Below, piece after piece: positions 15,063-24,182 of a DNA stretch of 32,000 nt. Numbering within the stretch: position 1 is the first letter of the stretch; every line of letters begins with the position of its first letter. Made by a program: the position numbers and the translations under genes. The notes under the pieces were generated by a model, which worked only from the letters and a program-made list of their open reading frames with translations, was not told the origin of the DNA and searched no databases. The DNA comes from Nitrosopumilus sp. (GTDB taxonomy: Archaea > Thermoproteota > Nitrososphaeria > Nitrososphaerales > Nitrosopumilaceae), in NCBI RefSeq assembly GCF_029882185.1, contig NZ_JAOULD010000001.1, forward strand, positions 86,423-118,422, read 5' to 3'.

Positions 15063-15530
15063 CTAAATCTCCTTTGCCACCAATTCTACGTGAGTTAATA
15101 CATTGTTCTTTGGAGTTGCTCTTCCCATTGCTCTTGGGATGAATCTTTTCACAATTACTCCTTTATGGACAGTTGCATTTACAATTCGTAATCTATCTAA
15201 ATCCATTCCTTTGTATTCTGCATTTGATTCTAAATTATCTAAAACTTTGATAAACTCTTTTGCTGTTTTCTGTGGATAACGTCCTGACATTACACCTGGG
15301 TCTGGTCTATGTCCTACTTGATTTTTATATCTTCTAAATGGAACTGCTCTTTTCTCTTCAATAACTGCAATAAGATAATCTCTTGCTTTCTCAATTGATA
15401 GACCTCTAATTGACACTGCAACTTCACGTGCATGTTTGTGTGAGATGTCTTTCTCTCTTAATGAAGAACGAACATGTCTCGTTGGATCATAATTTTGGAA
15501 AGCGTAATTGAATCTACCCATAATAATCAC
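15063..15530 (-). CDS. rpl22: Ribosomal protein uL22
   Basis: 155 aa. The true start may be the Met at 15521 (MGRFNYAF). [24 protein letters not shown]...PFRRY. Confidence 0.9.
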   Translation of the reverse strand: MIIMGRFNYAFQNYDPTRHVRSSLREKDISHKHAREVAVSIRGLSIEKARDYLIAVIEEKRAVPFRRYKNQVGHRPDPGVMSGRYPQKTAKEFIKVLDNLESNAEYKGMDLDRLRIVNATVHKGVIVKRFIPRAMGRATPKNNVLTHVELVAKEI

Positions 15531-15922
15531 TTTAGCGGTACGTAGAGACTGGATCTTGATGCACCAACACCTGGGGCACCGTGTGAAACTCTCTTGTTTG
15601 TTATTACATATTCTCCCAAGTAATGTCCAATCATCTCTGTTGTCATTGCAACTGGTTGGAATTCTTTTCCTGAAAATACATTTACTGTAACACCTACCAT
15701 GTATGGTAGAACAATCAAATCTCGAACATGAGTTTTGATTGGATTTTTTAATTTTCCTGCTTTTGCAGATTTTATTTCTTCAATTAGTTTTCTTTTTCCG
15801 TCTGTAATCCCTCTAGTCAATGATCGTCTTTGTCTTGAATTAAATAATAAGAATAATTTTTCTAATGATAAATTATCTAGTTCCTCTTTTGGAATGCCTC
15901 TGTATAAAAATTCTTTAACCAT
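15527..15922 (-). CDS. rps19: Ribosomal protein uS19
   Basis: 131 aa. VRDLIVLPYMVGVTVNVFSGKEFQPV...MIGHYLGEYVITNKRVSHGAPGVGASRSS. Confidence 0.92.
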   Translation of the reverse strand: MVKEFLYRGIPKEELDNLSLEKLFLLFNSRQRRSLTRGITDGKRKLIEEIKSAKAGKLKNPIKTHVRDLIVLPYMVGVTVNVFSGKEFQPVAMTTEMIGHYLGEYVITNKRVSHGAPGVGASRSSLYVPLK

Positions 15923-15963
15923 TTCTTATTTCCTCTGTTAGTCTTCGAGTTTTATGGTCCATA

Positions 15964-16230
15964 TTATAGCATTCCTATCTTTGTTGCCAGGTCTCTAGCT
16001 TTTTCGGTGTTTTCAAATTGAACAAAAGCTTTTTTGCCATAAATTGTTCTTGCAGTGTTCACTTTTTTGACATTTTCTTTGTAAAGTGTTTTTACTGCTT
16101 CTGAAATTTCTGATTTATTAGCTGATCTCTCTACTATGAAGCAAATTTTACTCTCATTTTCAACCATTGCAAAGGTTTTTTCTGTAATGTATGGCTTGAT
16201 GATAATTTTCATTGCTTGATCTACATTCAT
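15964..16230 (-). CDS. rpl23: Ribosomal protein uL23
   Basis: 88 aa. IIKPYITEKTFAMVENESKICFIVERSANKSEI...; ATGA overlap with the uL4 stop. Confidence 0.9.
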   Translation of the reverse strand: MNVDQAMKIIIKPYITEKTFAMVENESKICFIVERSANKSEISEAVKTLYKENVKKVNTARTIYGKKAFVQFENTEKARDLATKIGML

Positions 16231-17039
16231 TGTGTTTTCACCATTACTTCTAGATGTGTTGATTTAATTTTTCCAATCTCTTCTATTGCTGATTTGGAAT
16301 ATACTGTTAATCTAATAGGATCAGAACCTGGAGCTAAATCTAAAACACTGAGTTCTTTCACATTTCTTACTTCTACTCCTGGCAATGAACCTGTTGCTTT
16401 TGATAAATTAGAAGAATCTGCAGTTACAAACAATACACTTTTTCCTGTTTTTTTACTTCTTCCTCTAAGTCTGGATTGTCCAGAACGTGGTTTTCGTGCG
16501 TTTAGTCTTTTAACATCTTGTGATAATTTCAATGAGTCCATCACTTTAGTGATTTCATTTGTTTTTGAAATGGATTCTATGTCATCTGAAACTATAATTG
16601 GAAATGATTCAATGCCTTCTATTTTATGACCTCTTAATTCTACAAGATTTTTTGATGCAGTTGCTGCAATAGCAGAACATAGAGCTAGTTTATTCTCTTT
16701 TTTGTTCAATTTCTTGTAAATTACTTTCTCAACAATTGGTGGGTGTGCTTGTCTTCCTCCTCTTGTAGATGCTACCTCGGCTCCTTGTCCTTGTCTTCCA
16801 CCACCACCACCTTGCATTCTTGCTACACGAGATACCCCTTGCCCCGTTGGAGGATCGTTAGAATCTGCAACTACATCCATACCTGCCATTGGCTTTCTTC
16901 CCTGTCTTTGGAATTTGTGTGATGTCAAGTTTGTGAAAGCTTTGTGGATTAATTCTCTTCTAAATGGTGTTGAGAAAATTATTGGTAATTCTATTTCACT
17001 ATCTTTTGTTCCTGTGGTTGTGTATGTTGTTATTTTCAT
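16227..17039 (-). CDS. rpl4: Ribosomal protein uL4
   Basis: 270 aa. SHKFQRQGRKPMAG...RVARMQGGGGGRQGQGAEVASTRGGRQAHPP. Confidence 0.92.
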   Translation of the reverse strand: MKITTYTTTGTKDSEIELPIIFSTPFRRELIHKAFTNLTSHKFQRQGRKPMAGMDVVADSNDPPTGQGVSRVARMQGGGGGRQGQGAEVASTRGGRQAHPPIVEKVIYKKLNKKENKLALCSAIAATASKNLVELRGHKIEGIESFPIIVSDDIESISKTNEITKVMDSLKLSQDVKRLNARKPRSGQSRLRGRSKKTGKSVLFVTADSSNLSKATGSLPGVEVRNVKELSVLDLAPGSDPIRLTVYSKSAIEEIGKIKSTHLEVMVKTQ

Positions 17040-18034
17040 TATATTACAACCTCCAAAATGTTTGGTCTAGTAATCTTAACTGGTGCATTTCTGATCTGTG
17101 TTCTTAGTTTAATCAATCTCTTGTAAGTTCCTGGAACAGAACCTTTTAGAATAATGAAATCTCCTTTAACCAAACCAAAGTGTTTGTATCCGCCATCTGG
17201 ATTAATTTTTATTTTATCTGATTCTGTATTGCCCATAATCATAATTCTCTTATCATATTCTACCCTTTGATGAAATCCTGTTTGACCTGCTCTTGGAACT
17301 GTATACATGACACTTTGTGGTGAAATTGGACCTAATGAACCAACTTCTCTTACTGTTTTTCTTGATTTGTGTTGTTTCTTCTTAACATTCCATCTTCTCA
17401 TAACTCCTTGCCATCCATGACCTTTTGTAATTGCTGCAACATCTACAGTTGCACCCGTTTCAAAAATTTCTTCAATTTTGATTTCTTTTCCTAATGATTC
17501 TTTGACATGTGCAAATTGTTTTTCAATATCTCCTCCACTTACCATTGCTTCAAAAATATATGGTTTTTTCATTTCTAATCCTGCGTCTCTTGGAGAAACT
17601 GCTACAATTGCATAAATCTCTTTGATTTTTCTTAATCTTGATTCTGCATTCTCAATTGATCCTGCTGTATTTTTAATTGTAATTTCTTTTGCAATGTTTT
17701 TTGGAATATCTTCTGCATAGACATCAAACTCTGCATGTTTGCCATCATGATCTTTTGAATAACCTCTGATTCCTAAAATTAAAACTGGTGGTGTAACTAA
17801 TACTGTTCCTAAACTTACTAATTGTTTTCCTGCATTGGGAACTTTATCACGATCATCAATGCTTACAATCTGAACACATCCTGCTTTGAATCCACAATGT
17901 GCTAAAATTTTTGGTTCATTTGTTGCTGAAAGTTTTGGCCAAGCTCGAATTCTTGCTTCCATGCTTTTTGCACGAACTCTAGGTGAATATGCAAGACTGC
18001 CTCTACGTGGTTGATGTCTTTTACGAGCTCCCAT
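17039..18034 (-). CDS. rpl3: Ribosomal protein uL3
   Basis: 331 aa. MGARKRHQPRRGSLAYSPRVRA...GHGWQGVMRRWNVKK...; first gene of the operon. Confidence 0.93.
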   Translation of the reverse strand: MGARKRHQPRRGSLAYSPRVRAKSMEARIRAWPKLSATNEPKILAHCGFKAGCVQIVSIDDRDKVPNAGKQLVSLGTVLVTPPVLILGIRGYSKDHDGKHAEFDVYAEDIPKNIAKEITIKNTAGSIENAESRLRKIKEIYAIVAVSPRDAGLEMKKPYIFEAMVSGGDIEKQFAHVKESLGKEIKIEEIFETGATVDVAAITKGHGWQGVMRRWNVKKKQHKSRKTVREVGSLGPISPQSVMYTVPRAGQTGFHQRVEYDKRIMIMGNTESDKIKINPDGGYKHFGLVKGDFIILKGSVPGTYKRLIKLRTQIRNAPVKITRPNILEVVI

Positions 18035-18060
18035 GATTAAATCGAATCATCGAAACCCCT

Positions 18061-18112
18061 CTATTAAACCATGTGAGATATCGTTAACCACTAAAAAAAA
18101 TTAGGTTAACCA
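18061..18112 (-). promoter_or_regulatory. uL3-operon upstream region: TATA-like box plus two GTTAACC boxes 22 bp apart
   Basis: The minus strand reads ttGGTTAACCtaattttttttagtGGTTAACGata...TTTAATAG...ATG. TTTAATAG (complement of 18061-18068) lies at -27 to -34 from the ATG. GTTAAC cores are at 18083-18088 and 18105-18110. Confidence 0.4.
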
Positions 18113-18127
18113 ACTGTACCTAGTTTG

Positions 18128-18238
18128 TCATGGAAAAAATACATCTGAAATGGAATTCCAAATTGTATATCCTCCAATAATTACACCTATGACCCCAAAT
18201 CCTATTGCCAATAACAAGAAATTTTTTCTTTCCGTCAT
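18128..18238 (-). CDS. Possible 36-aa single-TM micro-protein
   Basis: Manual translation: MTERKNFLLLAIGFGVIGVIIGGYTIWNSISDVFFP. It lies between the SPOUT gene stop and the uL3 promoter and is below the ORF-track cutoff. There is no homology evidence. Confidence 0.3.
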   Translation of the reverse strand: MTERKNFLLLAIGFGVIGVIIGGYTIWNSISDVFFP

Positions 18239-18242
18239 GTTG

Positions 18243-19052
18243 TTACTGTCTATGAGCATTAATAATTGCCAGAGTTCCAAGAAGTGCTTCTTCTAGACGT
18301 ACTGTTTCAGTAGCTTGATTTGGAAAAAAGTTTAATGATTTTGCATTTTGTACTTTGTTCATCCTCCCACCTATGATCTCATGTATCCCTTTTTCTGGAG
18401 ATCCAAACACGACTAGAGTTGGCTCATCTGATTTTGTATATTTTGTTAGTTGTTCACTTGATACGGGCTTTCCCTTTCTTGATGTCAAAATTATATTTCC
18501 TTTCCATTCTGATAATATCGAAAACAAGTTTGCTCTTTCTTTTACTGAATATCCCCAATATGTTGGAATTTCACTTTTGTCGATATCTTTGATTGATAAT
18601 TTAGGATATCCTTCTTTGAATCTAACTGTAACTCTTTTCCCAGTAGTTGTATTCCCATAATATTGAATTAATTGGTTAATTCCAACATCTACAAATTTTT
18701 TTCCTTTCACACTAACTACAATTCCTTCTCTGATGTCTCCTGTTTTGATTTTTTTAGAATTCACTGGTGTAACATGGCTAGGAATTCTTAATGGGTGTAA
18801 TACTCCTGCAAATTTTAGATCATTCATTTTAGGGAATAATCGTCTTCTCAAAAATTGCGGTGTTTCTAAATATTTCAGAATCATTACCATCAGACCTCCT
18901 TCTGATTTATTGTTACCTTCTTGATAGATGTATATTGTATCCACTTTAAAAATTGCACACGCTCTTGCTAATACTGAAATTTTTCTGGTCTTGTCAATTT
19001 TCAAAGATTCGTCTGATAATGCAGACTGGGGAATTGCAACAGATAATTTCAA
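18243..19052 (-). CDS. SPOUT-superfamily putative RNA methyltransferase (COG2106/DUF171-like)
   Basis: 269 aa. MKLSVAIPQSALSDE...ISVLARACAIFKVDTIYIY.... From memory, the position directly upstream of uL3 is the conserved archaeal neighbourhood for this family. Confidence 0.75.
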   Translation of the reverse strand: MKLSVAIPQSALSDESLKIDKTRKISVLARACAIFKVDTIYIYQEGNNKSEGGLMVMILKYLETPQFLRRRLFPKMNDLKFAGVLHPLRIPSHVTPVNSKKIKTGDIREGIVVSVKGKKFVDVGINQLIQYYGNTTTGKRVTVRFKEGYPKLSIKDIDKSEIPTYWGYSVKERANLFSILSEWKGNIILTSRKGKPVSSEQLTKYTKSDEPTLVVFGSPEKGIHEIIGGRMNKVQNAKSLNFFPNQATETVRLEEALLGTLAIINAHRQ

Positions 19053-19083
19053 TGTAATTTAATCTCACAGGTATTATGAATAA

Positions 19084-19821
19084 TTATTTTTGTTCGTGTG
19101 GATATTTCTCTTTGGCAACATTGGCGTATTTTGTAATCTGCTCTTCTGAAACCAATTCATACAATCCAGTTTCTTTTTTGATATGTGCCATCCTGATATG
19201 ACTTGTTCCATCTTTATCTTCACTTGAAAGATAAATTCCTGCAGAAGCTAATGCTGAAGCATCATCAAGTGAAAGATCTTCCTTGTATGTTTTTTCTAAA
19301 AAGTCAGTTACTTGATCAGACCCAGAACCAATTGCTATTGCATCATATGAGATGTATGTTCCACTAGGATCAGTTAGATACAATTGAGGTGTATTGTTTA
19401 CTACGCCTCCAAGAATCAATGCAACACCATAAGGTCTTACACCTGCATACTGTGTATATTGTTGACATTGATCAGCTAAATGTTTAGCTATTGTTTCGAC
19501 TTCTACAGGTTCATCGTAAATCATTTTATTACTCTGTGAAAAGAATCTTGCATTATCTACTTGACTTCTTGCATCTGGGATATATCCTGCAGCTGCAACT
19601 CCTACATGATCATCAATTTGAAAAATCTTTTGAGCTGTATCTGAAATTTGTAATTTTCTAGGTTTCTCTTCAACTGCAATTATAATTCCATCTTTACATT
19701 TTATTCCAACAGCTATTGTTCCTCTTCTTACTGTTTCAATGGCGTATTCTACTTGGTATAATCTGCCGTCTGGTGAGAATACGGTAATAGCTCTGTCGTA
19801 ACCTTGTTGTGCAGGAAGCAT
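19084..19821 (-). CDS. psmA: Proteasome subunit alpha
   Basis: 245 aa. YDRAITVFSPDGRLYQVEYAIETVRRGT is the hallmark alpha-subunit N-terminus. Confidence 0.95.
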   Translation of the reverse strand: MLPAQQGYDRAITVFSPDGRLYQVEYAIETVRRGTIAVGIKCKDGIIIAVEEKPRKLQISDTAQKIFQIDDHVGVAAAGYIPDARSQVDNARFFSQSNKMIYDEPVEVETIAKHLADQCQQYTQYAGVRPYGVALILGGVVNNTPQLYLTDPSGTYISYDAIAIGSGSDQVTDFLEKTYKEDLSLDDASALASAGIYLSSEDKDGTSHIRMAHIKKETGLYELVSEEQITKYANVAKEKYPHEQK

Positions 19822-19955
19822 TTGATTGCAATGCTTTGATTATTCAATTTAAACCATGCCCACAATTCAGAACCTTTGTTGCTTTGATCGGAGCCTATGT
19901 AGATGATTCGATTTCAAATCAAACCTTAATTTGAAACTGAATTTCTTACTGATTT

Positions 19956-20372
19956 ATGAAATTTGAAATTGAATTTTCTGGACATGAAAACATTCGTTCT
20001 AATCATCAAAAAACTATAGAAATCACAAAAGACTCTCATTTGACTCCTAGAGGTGATTGTATAATTGGTGTAAATGCAAAGTCTAGCTGTGCGGATTTAC
20101 CTGAAGAACTGAAAAATAAACTCAAAAACCCTGAATCTAAAGTAATTTTTTCAATCAAAGCAGGTAATGATGACTTTGTTGTCGAAGGAAAAGGACACCC
20201 TGATCTTATTTTAACTCATACTGAAGACATTGTTATTAGAAAAAGTGATTTTATTTGTCCAAGAACTCTTGCTATAGAATGTGACAAGGCATCAGACCTG
20301 TTACCTCGTAATATGGTGACTCAATTACAAGATCCAAAAACTATTGGCATTTTTACCATTATTATTGAATAA
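19956..20372 (+). CDS. DUF371 domain protein
   Basis: 138 aa. GHENIRSNHQKTIEITKDSHLTPRGDCIIGVNA matches my recollection of archaeal DUF371. Confidence 0.7.
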   Translation: MKFEIEFSGHENIRSNHQKTIEITKDSHLTPRGDCIIGVNAKSSCADLPEELKNKLKNPESKVIFSIKAGNDDFVVEGKGHPDLILTHTEDIVIRKSDFICPRTLAIECDKASDLLPRNMVTQLQDPKTIGIFTIIIE

Positions 20373-20412
20373 CACTGTCACAATTTTATAGGTAATTCAA
20401 CTTGATAATGAC

Positions 20413-20532
20413 ATGGGTCGCAAAACCAATTTCTTTCTGCTAGTTCCATTGGCAACTTTTGCTGCAATTATTCTTGGTTTTGGTATGTATATGACGATCT
20501 GTAAAAATTCCAATATTCCAATTAATTGTTAA
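20413..20532 (+). CDS. Possible 39-aa single-TM micro-protein
   Basis: Manual translation: MGRKTNFFLLVPLATFAAIILGFGMYMTICKNSNIPINC. Below the ORF-track cutoff, with no homology evidence. Confidence 0.3.
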   Translation: MGRKTNFFLLVPLATFAAIILGFGMYMTICKNSNIPINC

Positions 20533-20572
20533 AAATAGATTTTCTTTAAAGTAATTTTTAAACTACTGATCA

Positions 20573-21841
20573 CTATTTTTTATTTTTCAATTTTGTGTAT
20601 ATGAAAAAACCAATTAGTATGGAAAATAAACTCAATCCTACATATACATAAATTTCTTCAACATATGCTCTAGTCTCTTGAAAATCTATTGTACTTGATT
20701 CATCTAATGTATTATTTTTAGATGTATCATTATAATCTAAAGGAATAATTCTTAGAATTTTATCGTCTCCTACTTTGGGAATTCCTCTACTGTCTTGATT
20801 GCTAGTAAGAATATACAAAAATCCATCTGGACCTGTCTGAACATCTCTTAATCTTCCAAATTCATTTTGAAACAATTTTTCGTGTGATATTACTATATTA
20901 TTTTCTAAATCAAAATCAATCATGTGAAGATGGTTTCCACGTAATGTTGCAATAAAATATTTTCCTTCCCATTGTGGAATTTTATCCCCATAGTAGAATT
21001 CAGAACCTGATGGTGCCCATGTATCTTCTCCGGAATGTAGAATTGGACTTTGAAGATGTTCTTTTTTTTCATCTCCAATAACGTCTGGCCATCCATAATT
21101 TTTGCCTGGAATTATTTGATTTACTTCATCATGAGCAACCCCTCTCCAACCTGATGGTCCGTGTTCTGTAGCAATCAGATTTCCTGAATCATCCCAATCG
21201 ATTCCTTGAGGATTTCTATGTCCTATAGAATAGATTGGAGAATTTTTCCATGGGTTGTCATTGGGAATTGTTCCATCTGAATTAATCCTTAAAATTTTTC
21301 CTCCAAGTGAATTCAAATCTTGTGATAAATCTGGATTGCCTGCTTCTCCGGTTGTAACGTAAAGTTTTCCATCAGGACCAAACTGAATTCTTCCTCCATC
21401 ATGAAAAGGACCACCGGGTATTCCATCAATCAATATTTTGTCTTCAATCAGTATTCCATCTGAGTATTGATAACGAACAAGTTTGTTTGTTGTTGTTAAA
21501 AATTCACTATAAGTGTAATACAAGTAAATGTAATTATTTTCAGAATATTTTGGGTCAACTGTGACTCCTAACATTCCTCCTTCTATTCCTCCCACATTTA
21601 ATGACAGAATAGGTTGTTCTAACAATATTCCATGCTGAATAATTCTAAGATTCCCATTTCTTTCTGTAAATAAAATGGTTCCATCAGGTAACCAATCTAT
21701 ACTCCAAGGAATTGTTAAATTATCATATACAACCTCAACTTTTACTCCTAATTCAGGATATTCTTGTCCAAATGCAACAGGAATTAGGGATAACAACATT
21801 AAACTCAATACAATTTCTTTCATTGTTCTAATGGCTGTCAT
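20573..21841 (-). CDS. PQQ-dependent sugar (glucose/sorbosone) dehydrogenase family protein, secreted with C-terminal TM anchor
   Basis: 422 aa. N-terminal signal-like segment. Beta-propeller motifs PWSIDWLPDGTILFTERNG, GGRIQFGPDGKLYVTTGE, GHRNPQGIDWD and NYGWP. A Ser/Thr/Asn-rich linker is followed by the hydrophobic helix VYVGLSLFSILIGFFIY and KLKNKK. Confidence 0.85.
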   Translation of the reverse strand: MTAIRTMKEIVLSLMLLSLIPVAFGQEYPELGVKVEVVYDNLTIPWSIDWLPDGTILFTERNGNLRIIQHGILLEQPILSLNVGGIEGGMLGVTVDPKYSENNYIYLYYTYSEFLTTTNKLVRYQYSDGILIEDKILIDGIPGGPFHDGGRIQFGPDGKLYVTTGEAGNPDLSQDLNSLGGKILRINSDGTIPNDNPWKNSPIYSIGHRNPQGIDWDDSGNLIATEHGPSGWRGVAHDEVNQIIPGKNYGWPDVIGDEKKEHLQSPILHSGEDTWAPSGSEFYYGDKIPQWEGKYFIATLRGNHLHMIDFDLENNIVISHEKLFQNEFGRLRDVQTGPDGFLYILTSNQDSRGIPKVGDDKILRIIPLDYNDTSKNNTLDESSTIDFQETRAYVEEIYVYVGLSLFSILIGFFIYTKLKNKK

Positions 21842-21946
21842 TTTACATTAAATGTTTGTGACATTACAAACATGACGAAAAATGATCATGTTTTGTTAAT
21901 TCTCCTTTAGCAGGATTCTCTTAAAGTATGGTGTGGATGAATCATT

Positions 21947-22288
21947 ATGGCAAAACCTACTATTGAATTATCTGTATCTAAAACACCTACAGATATTGAA
22001 TTAAAAAAATTAAAAGAATATTTCAAGGAAATGCCTATAGAAGAAATTCTTACCGGTCTGAAATTTGCAAAAAACAGATGGTCTGCAAAAGATGCAGGTA
22101 CACTAAAGGTTGGAAGAAAAAGCATTATTCAGAAAGAAGTACATTCAGTTACTACTGAGCAAGCTCAGTGGAGATTAAAAAATTGGAAAATGATGATTGC
22201 AAATTATCGTAGACGTGGATATAGCTATCCTACAATATCTAGAATCAAGAAAATTTTGATTCAAAAAAGTAAAAAGAAATCAAAGTGA
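21947..22288 (+). CDS. Basic hypothetical protein (113 aa)
   Basis: Lys/Arg-rich with a plausible globular middle. I prefer it over the overlapping antisense ORF 21907..22125. No family recognised. Confidence 0.5.
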   Translation: MAKPTIELSVSKTPTDIELKKLKEYFKEMPIEEILTGLKFAKNRWSAKDAGTLKVGRKSIIQKEVHSVTTEQAQWRLKNWKMMIANYRRRGYSYPTISRIKKILIQKSKKKSK

Positions 22289-22323
22289 TTGTTTTCTTTT
22301 ATTTTTATTTACAGAATGATATT

Positions 22324-22974
22324 CTAGATGAAGATATCTGTCTTTTTCTCAACAATTTGACGTTTGAGTGAATCTGGAACATCTGGGATTGAAGATTTTG
22401 TTTGTCCTGCAATGACACTGTGTGCTTCTTCTAGAATTGCTAATGTGTCTGCATTTGTTTCTGGAACCATACTCATACTATCTCCAATACCTACCGAGGA
22501 TCCAGACATTACATCACCAAGAATTTGTGACAAGTCTTGCATTGATGCATTTGCTTCTGGCATAATTCCACTCAATGATGGACTTAATCCCTTGATGATT
22601 GACATACATGGACTGAGTGTAACTACTACGTCTCCTAATTCTGAAACTGTGTCTAGTCTAAGTTTAACTTGTTCCATGGATAGTTTTGCTCCACTAACCA
22701 TGTTCTTCATTTTTCTAACTTGAGTTAATTCTCCTGCATATGCTTGTGCATAGCTTGGCTTGTTATTTCTTTGTGCATTAACAATTTTTTCAAAAATTAC
22801 GTCATGTTTTTTCTGTAATTTTTCATTAATTACTTCTAATTTTGAAATCTGAAATTGTAATTTTTTTTGCGCAAGATCAATCTTATTTTTTAATGGTTCG
22901 TCAGGCTTTACCCTTCCCATTACTTTCTGAGATATGCTTATGCCGTCAGTTTTGTTCCAAGAGTTACTAATCAT
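22324..22974 (-). CDS. cdvB: ESCRT-III (Snf7/Vps2-like) cell-division protein, CdvB family paralog
   Basis: 216 aa. The helical-hairpin region (LAQKKLQFQISKLEVINEKLQKKHDVIFEKIVNAQRNNKPSYAQAYAGELTQVRKMKN...MEQVKLRLDTVSELGDVVVTLSP) matches the archaeal CdvB/Snf7 pattern. Confidence 0.8.
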   Translation of the reverse strand: MISNSWNKTDGISISQKVMGRVKPDEPLKNKIDLAQKKLQFQISKLEVINEKLQKKHDVIFEKIVNAQRNNKPSYAQAYAGELTQVRKMKNMVSGAKLSMEQVKLRLDTVSELGDVVVTLSPCMSIIKGLSPSLSGIMPEANASMQDLSQILGDVMSGSSVGIGDSMSMVPETNADTLAILEEAHSVIAGQTKSSIPDVPDSLKRQIVEKKTDIFI

Positions 22975-23065
22975 ACTTTAATCCAAAATATGGTTGAATT
23001 TTTTGTTTTAAAGAGATTTGTCACTCTAGATGGTGTAACTGGAGTTACAACATGGTATAGTTACA

Positions 23066-24175
23066 CTATCCAAAGGTAAATGTGAATATCTGGAAATCTT
23101 TTCCTTTGACATTAATCTCCAACAAATGAGATGCACTAGAATTACTAGATATGATGTTATACAAACCTGCATCTGTTACTTTGACAAAATTATCTTTCAT
23201 GATGTCATTTCCTGAATATTCTTTAGGTAGCGGAATACCGTCTAGAAATATTTCCAATTCTGCATTATTTTCAGTTACTATGTTCACTTCTTTTGCATTG
23301 TATAACAATTTGATAGATCCTACATCTGATGCTAATTTCATACTGTCTTCATAATTTTTCCATAATCCGACAGGATAGAATTTGTGTAATTCTATGTTGT
23401 CTGGTTCAGAATATGAAACAGTTTTTCCTGGTTGAAATCCTTCTTCACTTCCTAGTTGATTTCTGTTTTGTGCAAATTTATATCCAAAATACAATTCTGG
23501 TGTTCTGAATATAGAGTGTTGAAATTCTTCAATGTCTACAAGGGATGATTTTGATTTTAGATCAATCCCTGTTGCCATAGCTCTTTCTTCTAGTAATTGC
23601 TGAATAACTTTCTCTGTCTCTTGATATCTTCCTTCTCCAATGTGGTCATATCTTAGAAATCCTTCATGGTCTGCGATATATTTTCTTGGCCAATATTTAT
23701 TTTCAAAAGCTTTCCAAGTTTTCATATCATTATCCATTACAACAGGATAAGTAATTCCATATTTTTCAATTGCCATTTTTATATTTTCAGGATTTTTTTC
23801 AAATTCAAATTCAGGTGAATGTATTCCTATAATTAGCAATCCTTGATCAGAATATTTGTCATTCCATGCAGTAATGTATGGCAATGTTCTGATACAGTTG
23901 ATGCAACTGTATGTCCAAATGTCATACAAGACAACTTTTCCTTTCATTTCTTTGTTTAACTCATCTTGTCCAATGTTTAGATAATTTGCAATTCCGACTA
24001 ATTCTGGAGCCTTTTTGAATTTAGACTTGTCAATACTAGAAAGAGAGTTAATGTTCTCGAAGACTGTAGATGACTCTACTTTTTGATCAAGTGATGAAAA
24101 AATCATTCCTGCCATGACTAATCCTGCAGCAATTATTAACCCAAAAATCAAACCTGTCTTAATTTCTGAATTCAT
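23066..24175 (-). CDS. Membrane-anchored thioredoxin-like thiol:disulfide oxidoreductase with DipZ-type C-terminal domain
   Basis: 369 aa. N-terminal TM helix, then a redoxin domain with a CxxC (VVLYDIWTYSCINCIRTLPY...IIGIHSPEFEFEK...YPVVMDNDMKTWKAFENKYWPRKYIAD), then a roughly 150-aa beta-rich C-terminal domain. Confidence 0.8.
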   Translation of the reverse strand: MNSEIKTGLIFGLIIAAGLVMAGMIFSSLDQKVESSTVFENINSLSSIDKSKFKKAPELVGIANYLNIGQDELNKEMKGKVVLYDIWTYSCINCIRTLPYITAWNDKYSDQGLLIIGIHSPEFEFEKNPENIKMAIEKYGITYPVVMDNDMKTWKAFENKYWPRKYIADHEGFLRYDHIGEGRYQETEKVIQQLLEERAMATGIDLKSKSSLVDIEEFQHSIFRTPELYFGYKFAQNRNQLGSEEGFQPGKTVSYSEPDNIELHKFYPVGLWKNYEDSMKLASDVGSIKLLYNAKEVNIVTENNAELEIFLDGIPLPKEYSGNDIMKDNFVKVTDAGLYNIISSNSSASHLLEINVKGKDFQIFTFTFG

Positions 24176-24182
24176 AGTATCA

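Noticed and set aside
11457-16629. Long plus-strand ORFs opposite ribosomal protein genes (11457..11888, 13738..13998, 14720..15004, 15508..15690, 15735..15941, 16216..16629).
   Set aside because: They are antisense shadows of highly conserved minus-strand genes, with low-complexity S/F/L/I-rich translations and no recognisable families.
21907-22125. 72-aa minus-strand ORF overlapping 21947..22288.
   Set aside because: It is shorter and has poorer composition than the plus-strand ORF, and has no upstream promoter-like context.
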